DNA of 64,000 bases from positions 118,830 to 182,829 of the IMG/VR virus record IMGVR_UViG_3300043392_000054; one strand, written 5' to 3'. A program made the translations under genes and the position numbers. The DNA comes from a virus. The first letter of the stretch is position 1. Every line of letters starts with the position of its first letter. Under the pieces are notes generated by a model. That model was given only the letters and a program-made list of their open reading frames with translations. It had not been told where the DNA came from and did no database searches. Positions 20,918 through 28,748 of this stretch are shown one piece after another.

Positions 20918-21913
20918 ATGGCAAGTTTAAAAAATACAACCATTAATGATACAGGATTTTTAGGTTTACCTGCAGGTACAACTGCACAAAGACCTTCCCC
21001 ATCTAATGGTATGATTAGATATAATACAAGCTCTGGTCAAATGGAAGCCTACGTTAACGGAGCATGGACAACTGTTAGCACGGATTACACTATTGAAATG
21101 GTTTTAGTTGCTGGCGGTGGAGCTGGTGGCGGTGGCTCTAACGGTGGCGGAGGCGGTGGTGGCGGAGGCGTCATTATTAATAGTGGTATATTAGTTACAC
21201 CAGGCGCGGGTTATTCAATAGTAATTGGTGGTGGTGGCTCAGCTGTTATCGGTGGAGGTGTAAGTGGTAACCAAGGTGGTAATAGTACAGCATTTGGTTT
21301 TACAGCTATCGGTGGTGGTGGAGGTGCCCCAAACGGTTCATACGGAGGAGCTCAAAATAATGGTGGTTCTGGCGGCGGCGGAGGTCGCGATACCGTATTT
21401 GGTGATGGATTTTCATTTGGATATGGTACAGTAGGTCAAGGAAATAATGGAGCAGGTGCTTATAAAAACGGTTATGCTTCTGCCGGTGGTGGAGGAGGAG
21501 CAGGTAATGGTGGATACACAGGAGGTGATGACTTAAATGGTAGATATGACCCAATATCTTGCGGAGGTGAAGGTGCTCTAATAAACTGGACAGGAACTAA
21601 TTTCTATTATGGTCCTGGTGGCGGTGGTTCTTTTGAAAATGCATACGGAAATGCAAATGGTCCTGCTCCTGGAGGAAGAGGTCTTGGTGATGGAGGAGGA
21701 AATGGTTCTACAAATCAAGTAGCCCCAACAGCAGGAACAGCTAATAGAGGCGCTGGTGGTGGAGGAGCTAAAAGTAGTTGGTCTGGCGCAGGCGGTTCAG
21801 GCAGATGTATCATAAGATACCCTGGTCCACAAAGAGGTTCAGGCGGAACAATTACATCATATAATGGATATACAATTCATACATTTGATGGAACATCAAC
21901 ATATACAGCATAA
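20918..21913 (+). CDS. glycine-rich fibre or virion protein, paralog 1
   Basis: MASLKNTTINDTG..LPAGTTAQRP..GMIRYNT head plus AGGGAGG glycine-rich domain. Confidence 0.75.
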   Translation: MASLKNTTINDTGFLGLPAGTTAQRPSPSNGMIRYNTSSGQMEAYVNGAWTTVSTDYTIEMVLVAGGGAGGGGSNGGGGGGGGGVIINSGILVTPGAGYSIVIGGGGSAVIGGGVSGNQGGNSTAFGFTAIGGGGGAPNGSYGGAQNNGGSGGGGGRDTVFGDGFSFGYGTVGQGNNGAGAYKNGYASAGGGGGAGNGGYTGGDDLNGRYDPISCGGEGALINWTGTNFYYGPGGGGSFENAYGNANGPAPGGRGLGDGGGNGSTNQVAPTAGTANRGAGGGGAKSSWSGAGGSGRCIIRYPGPQRGSGGTITSYNGYTIHTFDGTSTYTA

Positions 21914-21916
21914 ATT

Positions 21917-22969
21917 ATGGCAAGTTTAAAGAATACAAATATTAATGACACTGGGTTTTTACAATTACCCTCAGGTACAACAGCTCAAAGACCGACAGGT
22001 GTCAATGGTATGATGAGATATAATACTACTTTAAATGTAGTTGAAATATTTAATGGAGCAACATCTACTTGGAATATAGTAGCTGCAAGCGGTTATACAG
22101 TTGATGTATTAATTGCAGCAGGTGGTGGCGGTGGTGGAGCTGGCGGTACCATTTGGTATGGTGGAGGCGGTGGCGGTGGAGCCGGCGGTCTTCGTGTTAT
22201 TAGTAATATTGGAGTAACAGTAAATTCCTCATATGCTATTGTAGTTGGTGCAGGTGGTTGTGGCTCTCAAAGTAATAGTCAAGGTGTAATTTATTGGGGT
22301 TCTAACGGCGGAGATTCTTCTGCTTTTGGATACACATCAATAGGTGGCGGGCATGGAGGTAGTTTTAATGGAGATGGGCCTTATTGGTATGGACAAGCAG
22401 GTGGTTCTGGTGGAGGTTCAGGTCGTGATAAAACAGACGGTAATGGTGCAGGAACTGCTGGCCAAGGCAATGGTGGAGGAACAGCTTACGCAGGTGGTTA
22501 TGCATCAGCTGGCGGCGGAGGAGGTGCTGGAGAAGGTGGATGGACTGGTGGTGCAGATGGACAAGGTCAATATGTTTCAGGAAATCAATCTGCTGGAGGT
22601 ATTGGATTAGCATATAACTGGACAGGCACTAATATTTACTATTGTGGCGGCGGTGGAGGTTCATTTTCTTCAGCATACGGTGGAGTTGGTGGATTAGGAG
22701 GAAGAGGATATAATGATGGTGGAGGACAAGGTTCAGGTAGTCAACAAATAGGTGGAACTGCTGGATTAGCAAATAGAGGACAAGGTGGAGGTGGAGCCCA
22801 CTCAAACAAAGGAGACAACGGTGGATACGGTTCTACGGGTTATGCTGGCGGCTCTGGTGTAGTATTAATTAGATATTCTGGACCTCCTAGAGGTAGAGGC
22901 GGAATTATTACACAATCTGGAGGTTATACTTGTCATCAATTCAATGGTTCCGGAAACTTTATAGCTTAA
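21917..22969 (+). CDS. glycine-rich fibre or virion protein, paralog 2
   Basis: same N-terminal module and glycine-rich domain. Confidence 0.75.
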   Translation: MASLKNTNINDTGFLQLPSGTTAQRPTGVNGMMRYNTTLNVVEIFNGATSTWNIVAASGYTVDVLIAAGGGGGGAGGTIWYGGGGGGGAGGLRVISNIGVTVNSSYAIVVGAGGCGSQSNSQGVIYWGSNGGDSSAFGYTSIGGGHGGSFNGDGPYWYGQAGGSGGGSGRDKTDGNGAGTAGQGNGGGTAYAGGYASAGGGGGAGEGGWTGGADGQGQYVSGNQSAGGIGLAYNWTGTNIYYCGGGGGSFSSAYGGVGGLGGRGYNDGGGQGSGSQQIGGTAGLANRGQGGGGAHSNKGDNGGYGSTGYAGGSGVVLIRYSGPPRGRGGIITQSGGYTCHQFNGSGNFIA

Positions 22970-22987
22970 TAACATATAATTAATAAC

Positions 22988-23164
22988 ATGTCAACTTTAA
23001 AAAATACAACCATTAACGATACTGGATTTATACAAATACCAGCTGGTACTACTGCTCAACGTGTAGGTACAACAAATGGAATGATAAGAGTAAATACAAA
23101 TACAACACCCTACGTATTAGAAATATACCAAGGCGGTTGGAGAACTTTAAAAATATTAAACTAA
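22988..23164 (+). CDS. stand-alone N-terminal module of the fibre paralogs (58 aa)
   Basis: MSTLKNTTINDTGFIQIPAGTTAQRVG..GMIRVNT then stop. Confidence 0.65.
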   Translation: MSTLKNTTINDTGFIQIPAGTTAQRVGTTNGMIRVNTNTTPYVLEIYQGGWRTLKILN

Positions 23165-23171
23165 ATAAAAT

Positions 23172-23579
23172 ATGGCACATTTTGCAGAAATAGATGAGAA
23201 CAACGTTGTTGTAAGAGTAGTAGTAGTTCCAGATGAGCATGAATCTCGCGGACAAGAATATTTATCACAAGACTTAAATCTTGGAGGTACATGGTTAAAA
23301 ACATCATATAATACATTTGCAGGAACTCACACTGGTGGAGGAACTCCATATAGATTAAACTTTGCAGCAGTAGGAGATATTTATGACCCTCAATTAGATG
23401 GATTTATTAAGAAATCACCATTCTCATCTTGGGTAAATATTGACCCTGCAACAGGTTTCCGTATTCCACCGGTTGCTAAACCGGCAGATGCGCCAGATTA
23501 TTCTTATTATCATGAATGGGATGAATCTAACTTAGCGTGGGTACAAGTTCAAAATCCATCATTTATAAATCCTGAATAA
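23172..23579 (+). CDS. fibre-associated protein
   Basis: MAHFAEIDENNVVVRVVVV, TSYN, YRLNFAAVG: a type commonly found beside glycine-rich phage fibre genes. Confidence 0.65.
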   Translation: MAHFAEIDENNVVVRVVVVPDEHESRGQEYLSQDLNLGGTWLKTSYNTFAGTHTGGGTPYRLNFAAVGDIYDPQLDGFIKKSPFSSWVNIDPATGFRIPPVAKPADAPDYSYYHEWDESNLAWVQVQNPSFINPE

Positions 23580-23630
23580 TTTTTGAAACAAAAGGATATA
23601 TAGAAGTATAACATACAAATTAAATTAACA

Positions 23631-23738
23631 ATGCAACAGCAAGTGCTACATATTATAGAAAACAATTATTGGTTTAGTAACAAACCGACGAATTGTGATA
23701 TGTCTAACGTAGGGCTCAAAGTTGTATTTATGAATTAA
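23631..23738 (+). CDS. putative leader peptide (35 aa, 6 Asn)
   Basis: MQQQVLHIIENNYWFSNKPTNCDMSNVGLKVVFMN, between promoter and terminator. Confidence 0.5.
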   Translation: MQQQVLHIIENNYWFSNKPTNCDMSNVGLKVVFMN

Positions 23739-23769
23739 ATTAAATTTACATTAAATATAATAGTTAAAG

Positions 23770-23795
23770 GAGCCCGATTTTATCGGGCTTTTTTA
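23770..23795 (+). terminator. terminator or attenuator hairpin
   Basis: AGCCCGA-TTTTA-TCGGGCT plus T tract; 5' arm GAGCCC complementary to GGGCTC at 23712-23717. Confidence 0.75.
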
Positions 23796-23810
23796 TTGCA
23801 TAAACAAAAG

Positions 23811-23881
23811 GTTCTTATAGTGAAAAGGTATCACGTCTGACTGTTAATCAGTTATTATTGGTTCGAATCCAATTAGGAACG
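23811..23881 (+). tRNA. tRNA-Asn(GTT)
   Basis: cloverleaf, loop CTGTTAA. Confidence 0.9.
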
Positions 23882-23956
23882 CAAAAAAATTGAAAATAAT
23901 TCGCTAAATATTTTTTTTATTCGAGAATTATTAGTAGATTTACATAACTTAAAACA

Positions 23957-23971
23957 GTTCTTTGACATATT
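23957..23971 (+). promoter_or_regulatory. boxA-like antitermination element (also 24543-24557 and 30350-30363)
   Basis: GTTCTTTGACATAT in three copies, two directly after class I promoters. Confidence 0.65.
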
Positions 23972-23981
23972 GGTAAAAGTT

Positions 23982-24062
23982 GCCCGGGTGATGGAATGGT
24001 AGACATAACGGTCTTAGAAACCGTGGTCGAAAGACGTGAGAGTTCGAGTCTCTCCCTGGGTA
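23982..24062 (+). tRNA. tRNA-Leu(TAG)
   Basis: cloverleaf, loop CTTAGAA, variable arm. Confidence 0.95.
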
Positions 24063-24069
24063 CAAATAA

Positions 24070-24139
24070 GTACGAGTTGGTCGTGGCGGCCAGCAGGTCT
24101 GCAAAATCTGCGGAGTCAGTTCGATTCTGACCTTGTACT
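24070..24139 (+). tRNA. tRNA-Cys(GCA)
   Basis: loop CTGCAAA, U73, short D-loop. Confidence 0.85.
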
Positions 24140-24220
24140 CTACATCCTGTCTCCACAGACACACACATCCGGGAGATGAGCAGGATTACGTCGAATAAAG
24201 GAGAGGAATAAGACGATTCT

Positions 24221-24296
24221 GGACCAGTAGCTCAGCTGGTAGAGCACTAGACTGAAGATCTAGGTGTCGCAGGTTCGAATCCTGCCTGGTCCACCA
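24221..24296 (+). tRNA. tRNA-Phe(GAA)
   Basis: canonical, CCA encoded. Confidence 0.97.
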
Positions 24297-24299
24297 TAT

Positions 24300-24374
24300 T
24301 GCGGGATGCGTAGAAAATGGTTATCTCATCGGTCTCATAAGCCGAGGTTCCGGGTTCGAGTCCCGGTCCCGCAA
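24300..24374 (+). tRNA. tRNA-Met(CAT), initiator-like U1-A72
   Basis: TGCGGGA/TCCCGCA, loop CTCATAA. Confidence 0.85.
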
Positions 24375-24380
24375 CAACAT

Positions 24381-24453
24381 AGAGTAGTATATCAATGGCT
24401 AGATTACACGTTTTGGGTGCGTGAGGTTGCAGGTTCGAGTCCTGCCTACTCTA
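24381..24453 (+). tRNA. tRNA-Pro(TGG)
   Basis: loop TTTGGGT. Confidence 0.88.
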
Positions 24454-24567
24454 CTTAAAAAAAATAATTTAAAAATAATTAGCAAAATATTTTTTTATAT
24501 CAAGAATTATAGTTATATTTACATAAGAATTTAAATAAGAGAGTTCTTTGACATATTAGTAAAATAA

Positions 24568-24640
24568 GCAGGTATCGTATAATGGCTTATTACTCTAGCC
24601 TTCCAAGCTGGAGATGAGAGTTCGATTCTCTCTACCTGCT
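24568..24640 (+). tRNA. tRNA-Gly(TCC)
   Basis: loop CTTCCAA, U73. Confidence 0.93.
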
Positions 24641-24643
24641 CTA

Positions 24644-24738
24644 AATCATGAGGCCATTGGTTGGCAGCACCTCCCCAAGGTTGAATCTTAGGATTCTTTA
24701 TGGCAAAGCTGAAATTGGTTCGAATCCAATCATGATTA
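24644..24738 (+). ncRNA. tRNA-scaffolded RNA (TLE-1)
   Basis: acceptor AATCATG/CATGATT, D stem GCC/GGC, T arm ATTGG-TTCGAAT-CCAAT; small hairpins instead of an anticodon arm. Confidence 0.75.
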
Positions 24739-24744
24739 CAATAT

Positions 24745-24823
24745 TGCGATGCAGGTGCATTGACGGTCTCATGAGCCGTATTGGTAGATATACCCAACAG
24801 AGGTTCGAGTCCTCTAATCGCAA
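24745..24823 (+). tRNA. atypical tRNA-Met(CAT)-like
   Basis: anticodon arm ACGGT-CTCATGA-GCCGT, truncated D region, long variable arm, normal T arm. Confidence 0.6.
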
Positions 24824-24872
24824 CAAATCTTAGGAGTAATTAACTTAAGACTGACAGGTTCGAAACTGTCGA

Positions 24873-24945
24873 TTGATTATGGTGTAAAGGCGCACAGAGA
24901 CCGTAATTGGAGCTCAGGATTAAGGTTCGAATCCTTATTAATCAG
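24873..24945 (+). ncRNA. tRNA-like RNA with irregular anticodon arm (TLE-2)
   Basis: TGATTA/TAATCA acceptor, D stem GTG/CAC, T arm TAAGG-TTCGAAT-CCTTA. Confidence 0.55.
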
Positions 24946-24951
24946 CAATAT

Positions 24952-25023
24952 TGAGTATTAGCTCAGCGGTAGAGCTCTCGACTGTTAATCGAGCGGTCCT
25001 AGGTTCGAATCCTAGATACTCAG
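24952..25023 (+). tRNA. tRNA-Asn(GTT), second copy
   Basis: canonical cloverleaf. Confidence 0.95.
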
Positions 25024-25028
25024 CAATG

Positions 25029-25095
25029 TATTTAACGCTCCAACTTAGGTTGGTAAGCATCCGATAGTAACCTCGGACGGGCAATGTGTTAAATA
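25029..25095 (+). ncRNA. putative three-way-junction RNA
   Basis: TATTTAAC/GTTAAATA closing stem; CCAAC-TTAG-GTTGG and TCCGA/TCGGA hairpins. Confidence 0.5.
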
Positions 25096-25120
25096 AGCGG
25101 TAAGGAAAAGACGAAAATAT

Positions 25121-25244
25121 TGTCAAGAGGCGAGAGGAACACGCCCCGAAACATTGATTCAAAACTTTCTGACAGAAGAACGGAGTCTCTGCTTTATCAA
25201 TGTGCTGATGGAGACTATCACTGGTTCGAATCCAGTATTGACAA
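25121..25244 (+). ncRNA. tRNA-scaffolded RNA with pseudoknot cargo (TLE-3)
   Basis: acceptor TGTCAA/TTGACA, D stem GCG/CGC, T arm ACTGG-TTCGAAT-CCAGT; crossing helices ACATTGAT/ATCAATGT and AGTCTC/GAGACT. Confidence 0.75.
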
Positions 25245-25245
25245 C

Positions 25246-25429
25246 TAAAACAACTAACTGATTAACACTAAATAGTAACACTATCGGCAGTACGATTCTG
25301 CACTAGAAATTGGATTTGATGTGTTATCTCACAGTCTAAGATGTGAATAGTTTAGGTTAATGTAAACATAAAGTAGCTTATGGCCAAATGTAAAGTGTTT
25401 ATCCACTTAGAAGGCAGTTAGTTGTTTTA
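25246..25429 (+). ncRNA. 184-nt structured RNA
   Basis: perfect 15-bp closing stem TAAAACAACTAACTG/CAGTTAGTTGTTTTA plus internal hairpins. Confidence 0.65.
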
Positions 25430-25435
25430 AAATAT

Positions 25436-25528
25436 AGTCAGGTGACGGAATGGTAGACGTATTTGGGTTCTCTGCCCGATACCTTTGTAAAGGCAAAAAG
25501 CTTACAGGTTCGAATCCTGTCCTGACTA
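25436..25528 (+). ncRNA. tRNA-scaffolded RNA, AGTCAGG family (TLE-4)
   Basis: AGTCAGG/CCTGACT-A, Leu-type D arm, non-canonical loop TTCTCTG, CCTTT/AAAGG arm, ACAGG-TTCGAAT-CCTGT. Confidence 0.8.
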
Positions 25529-25542
25529 CAATATTAAAATAC

Positions 25543-25710
25543 GGTCAAGTAGCGGAATGTTTGCACTAGAGGTTTATTTCTGATGGTGTTGACTTGGTTA
25601 AACGCTAAGTAGTAAAGCTAACTACAGACAAAGCTGTGACGGACCCTGAAGTACAAAGGGTTGAAGTAGAAGATTACGCACGGTTATAGGTTCGAATCCT
25701 GTCTTGACCA
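25543..25710 (+). ncRNA. tRNA-scaffolded RNA, 168 nt (TLE-5)
   Basis: GGTCAAG/CTTGACC-A, insert of about 35 nt in the D-loop, three cargo hairpins, ATAGG-TTCGAAT-CCTGT. Confidence 0.75.
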
Positions 25711-25783
25711 CAAGGAGTTCCCAATCTCAAGTGCTGGTTAACCTTAAAAAGTTATCCGTATGAGCCCATCAAAATTGGAATTT

Positions 25784-25863
25784 GCCTGTATCGCATAGCG
25801 GCAATTGCGGCTGACTGTAAATCAGCTCCTTCGGGTTCAGAGGTTCGAGTCCTTTTGCAGGCA
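25784..25863 (+). tRNA. tRNA-Tyr(GTA)
   Basis: loop CTGTAAA, variable arm. Confidence 0.93.
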
Positions 25864-25920
25864 CGATTAAACAAAAATATTTACGTAAGTATAATTAATA
25901 CAACTATTAAAATTAAAATT

Positions 25921-26139
25921 ATGACATCTAACGAATTCACTTATTGGTTACAAGGTTTTTTTGAAATTTCAAAAGCTGCTAATGTAAAAGAACTTGATGA
26001 AGTGCAAACTCAAATTATCAAAGACCATTTAGAATTAGTTTTTAAAAAAGAAACACCTAATAGAACATGGTCCGATACGGGTGGAAATAGAGGCACGTGC
26101 GGAACTGCGGGAACTGCGGGAATTCCGTTTGGAATGTAA
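25921..26139 (+). CDS. hypothetical protein in tRNA array
   Basis: MTSNEFTYWLQGFFEIS... Confidence 0.65.
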   Translation: MTSNEFTYWLQGFFEISKAANVKELDEVQTQIIKDHLELVFKKETPNRTWSDTGGNRGTCGTAGTAGIPFGM

Positions 26140-26150
26140 GATATTAATTT

Positions 26151-26231
26151 GGGAGTATTGAGCAATTGGTTGGCTCGCCGGTCTGTAAAATCGGTCCTTC
26201 GGGCATGTAGGTTCGAGTCCTACTGCTCCCA
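26151..26231 (+). tRNA. tRNA-Tyr(GTA), second divergent copy
   Basis: loop CTGTAAA, variable arm. Confidence 0.9.
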
Positions 26232-26236
26232 CTAAA

Positions 26237-26336
26237 GTATTAGTAATTCAGTGGTAAGACTGGCGTCCCCTCATGGTTAAGGGCCGAAAAGCTGGGAATA
26301 AGACGATCGCCGTTGGTTCGAGTCCAACCTAATACT
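26237..26336 (+). ncRNA. tRNA-scaffolded RNA (TLE-6)
   Basis: GTATTAG/CTAATAC (extends to 9 bp), D-like TAATTCAGTGGTAAGA, branched GGCG/CGCC cargo, GTTGG-TTCGAGT-CCAAC. Confidence 0.75.
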
Positions 26337-26342
26337 TTAAAT

Positions 26343-26413
26343 ACGAGTGTGGTGCAATGGTAGCATTCCGGTCTCCAAAACCGTCGATGGGAGTTCGAAT
26401 CTCTCCACTCGTG
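26343..26413 (+). tRNA. tRNA-Trp(CCA)
   Basis: loop CTCCAAA. Confidence 0.93.
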
Positions 26414-26476
26414 CAAATAGTTTTACAGGTCGTTCTGTCCTTGGGTTCTATAAATCAAAAATCCTAAAAAAGGCCA

Positions 26477-26550
26477 GGACTCTTAGCTCAGTTGGTTAGA
26501 GCACCCGACTCATAATCGGTAGGTCGTAGGTTCAAGCCCTACAGGGTCCA
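26477..26550 (+). tRNA. tRNA-Ile2/Met(CAT)
   Basis: body resembles bacterial lysidine-modified Ile2 tRNAs; loop CTCATAA. Confidence 0.9.
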
Positions 26551-26555
26551 CATTT

Positions 26556-26627
26556 GATTCTTTAGGCTAACGGATAAACCTCTCGGCTACGAACCGAGGA
26601 TTGAATGTTCGAATCATTCAGGAATCA
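26556..26627 (+). tRNA. tRNA-Arg(ACG)
   Basis: loop CTACGAA. Confidence 0.9.
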
Positions 26628-26633
26628 CAATAT

Positions 26634-26707
26634 TGCGATATGGTAGAGATGGTTTCTTACGGTGCTCTCATAAGGCACAGACATTGGTTCAAATCCAATT
26701 GTCGCAA
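26634..26707 (+). tRNA. tRNA-Met(CAT), U1-A72
   Basis: TGCGATA/TGTCGCA, loop CTCATAA. Confidence 0.85.
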
Positions 26708-26759
26708 CAAAAGTTTTTACGGTGGTTCTGGTTCTTCAAAAACGCTATCACCTCCACCA

Positions 26760-26833
26760 GACTCCGTAGCTCAGTTGGTTAGAGCACCTCACTTTTAATG
26801 AGGGGGTCAATGGTTCGAGTCCATTCGGGGTCA
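26760..26833 (+). tRNA. tRNA-Lys(TTT)
   Basis: canonical. Confidence 0.96.
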
Positions 26834-26839
26834 CAATAT

Positions 26840-26933
26840 GCTTCATACACAATTCTGCAATCTCTCAGTTAAAAGCTGTTGCAGACGTAAATGAATAATC
26901 CAACATGGTTATTAGTTGTGAACAATATGAAGC
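26840..26933 (+). ncRNA. putative Y-shaped structured RNA
   Basis: GCTTCATA/TATGAAGC and CACAA/TTGTG closing stems; TCTGCAA/TTGCAGA and AATAA/TTATT arms. Confidence 0.6.
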
Positions 26934-26938
26934 TCCAT

Positions 26939-27012
26939 GCACCTTTAGCTCAGTTGGTTAGAGCACCGACCTGATACGTCGGGGGTCGAAGGTTCGAGTC
27001 CTCCAAGGTGCA
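26939..27012 (+). tRNA. tRNA-Ile(GAT)
   Basis: loop CTGATAC. Confidence 0.94.
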
Positions 27013-27021
27013 CAATTATAT

Positions 27022-27097
27022 GGTGTTTATCGTCTAACGGTTAGGACGCTGGTTTGTGGTACCAGCAATCTGAGTTCGATTCTCAGTAGACACCCCA
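27022..27097 (+). tRNA. tRNA-His(GTG)
   Basis: G-1:C73, loop TTGTGGT, CCA encoded. Confidence 0.95.
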
Positions 27098-27099
27098 AT

Positions 27100-27184
27100 G
27101 GAAGTTTGTCCGAGTGGCTTATGGTGACACTTTGCTAAAGTGTTGGATGTAATAGTCCCACAGGTTCGAATCCTGTAACTTCCT
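27100..27184 (+). tRNA. tRNA-Ser(GCT)
   Basis: loop TTGCTAA, long variable arm. Confidence 0.92.
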
Positions 27185-27275
27185 CAATGACAAAAACAAT
27201 CGATAAAAGATTTTTATTTATTGAAACTTTTAGTTACATTTACAGTATATTAATATATACCAAATTTGACTTATA

Positions 27276-27656
27276 ATGGGAAATAGCCTGAAAAATGAAT
27301 TTGCAGCATACGAACATGCATTGGCTGTAAAAGAATTAGGGTTTAATTGGAAGTGTTTTGGCTTCTATGATAGTCCAACCCTTCAATTAATGCATTGTAT
27401 AAACTCTGAGCCTTGGATGGGAAATGCAGTTGTTGCAGCACCGCTAAAAAGTCAACTATTTAGATTCTTTCGGGAGAAGTATAATCAAAATTCATTTATT
27501 GAATTAGTTTATCAAGATGGAATAAAATATGATTATGTTTTATATGCAGATAAAGATGAAGAAGTATGCGGAAATTTTGGAGATGGACCTTTTAATACTT
27601 ACGAAGAAGCAGAGAATGCTTGTATCGATAAACTTATAGAACTAGCTAAACAATAA
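27276..27656 (+). CDS. hypothetical protein, paralog of 40732-41103
   Basis: shared YE.A.A..LGF, AAPLK..F..FREKY, YE.AEN..ID.LIELAKQ. Confidence 0.75.
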   Translation: MGNSLKNEFAAYEHALAVKELGFNWKCFGFYDSPTLQLMHCINSEPWMGNAVVAAPLKSQLFRFFREKYNQNSFIELVYQDGIKYDYVLYADKDEEVCGNFGDGPFNTYEEAENACIDKLIELAKQ

Positions 27657-27657
27657 A

Positions 27658-28355
27658 ATGAAAACAAGAATTCATGTTAATCAACACAATATTCGTTCAA
27701 ATAAAACAAAGGGTACAGATTTACCAGTTATAACTATTAAACAGGGTAAAAAAAATACTTATTGTAATGAAGTAGAAATACTTGGTCCTAGTAAAATTAT
27801 TTATTCAGGCTCAGGTTGTGATACTGCAGCTTTATTAGGTTGTGGTGCTAGAGTAGTGATAGAAACAGAATCAGATGTGATAATTAAATAAACAATAAAT
27901 TATGAAATGGTTAGATAGAAATATTTTGTATATTACCTTTGGCTTTTTAGCAGCTTGTATTCTTTTTCAAATGTGGTATATTCAAAAATTAAAAAGTGAA
28001 TTAAAGTTGTTTAATCAAAAACAAATTGTTATGCCAAAAAAATAATTTGAAAATAAAGGCTCAAATATTTTTTATTGTCACCGGAATTTAGTAGATTTAC
28101 AGTATACTAATAAACAATAAGACAATGACTGAAGAACAAATCTACAACGAGCAACAGGAATACAATCGTTACCAAGAGTTGATTAATACAAAGGAAATCT
28201 TAACTCAAGAAGAGTATGAACTTTGTAAAGCTTGGAATGCTGATGAGGCTTGGAAATATTTAAATGATATTGGTAATGGTCAATGGTTAAACATCAACGT
28301 TTACTCTGAAGTGGATAAAGAAGAGTTTGACCTTAGAAAGGAAATGGGTTTTTAA
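27658..28355 (+). CDS. two hypothetical proteins (27658-27891, 28125-28355)
   Basis: ORFs interrupting the RNA array. Confidence 0.65.
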
Positions 28356-28396
28356 TTATTGAAACTATATAAAAATAGTACATATAATATATACAT

Positions 28397-28468
28397 TGCG
28401 GGGAGGACAAATGGTAAGTCGTTAGTCTCATAAGCTAAAGAAGGTAGTTCAATTCTACCCCCACGCAA
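28397..28468 (+). tRNA. tRNA-Met(CAT) with bulged acceptor
   Basis: TGCGGGG/CCC(A)CGCA, loop CTCATAA. Confidence 0.8.
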
Positions 28469-28470
28469 CA

Positions 28471-28741
28471 ATGAGTAAGAGATACTCAGCAGTCTTTAAT
28501 CCAAGACTCATTTAACAATGGATAGGGTAATGGACCGGACATCCTAACTATATAAAAAGCCGGTCTCATGGGGATAAAGGAACGGGGACACGGTTCCTTC
28601 CCAGTAAGTGTTGACTTTTTAAGCGGTAAGACGCGTTGGGTTTTTGAAAGCAAAAAACTATAAATATCTACCCATCTAGAATCTCAAGGTGGGGAAAGAA
28701 GTTCTGAGGTTGGCGAGCTCTTCTATAAAAAAGCAATCCAT
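28471..28741 (+). ncRNA. large pseudoknotted RNA candidate
   Basis: ATGGAT/ATCCAT long-range helix; crossing TAGG/CCTA with GACCGG/CCGGTC; AAGGAAC/GTTCCTT with loop ACAC/GTGT. Confidence 0.6.
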
Positions 28742-28748
28742 CCACTAT

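Noticed and set aside
20918-22969. Diversity-generating retroelement target repeats in the fibre paralogs
   Set aside because: Differences are not adenine-specific and no reverse transcriptase is in the window
26100-26125. GCGGGAACT-type 9-nt tandem repeat
   Set aside because: Short in-frame coding slippage (GTAGTAG) in a small ORF
23917-26798. ORFs 23917-24168, 23949-24164, 24264-24458, 24531-24797, 24648-24833, 24938-25162, 26035-26232, 26601-26798
   Set aside because: They overlap clear tRNA or ncRNA genes; chance frames in GC-richer RNA
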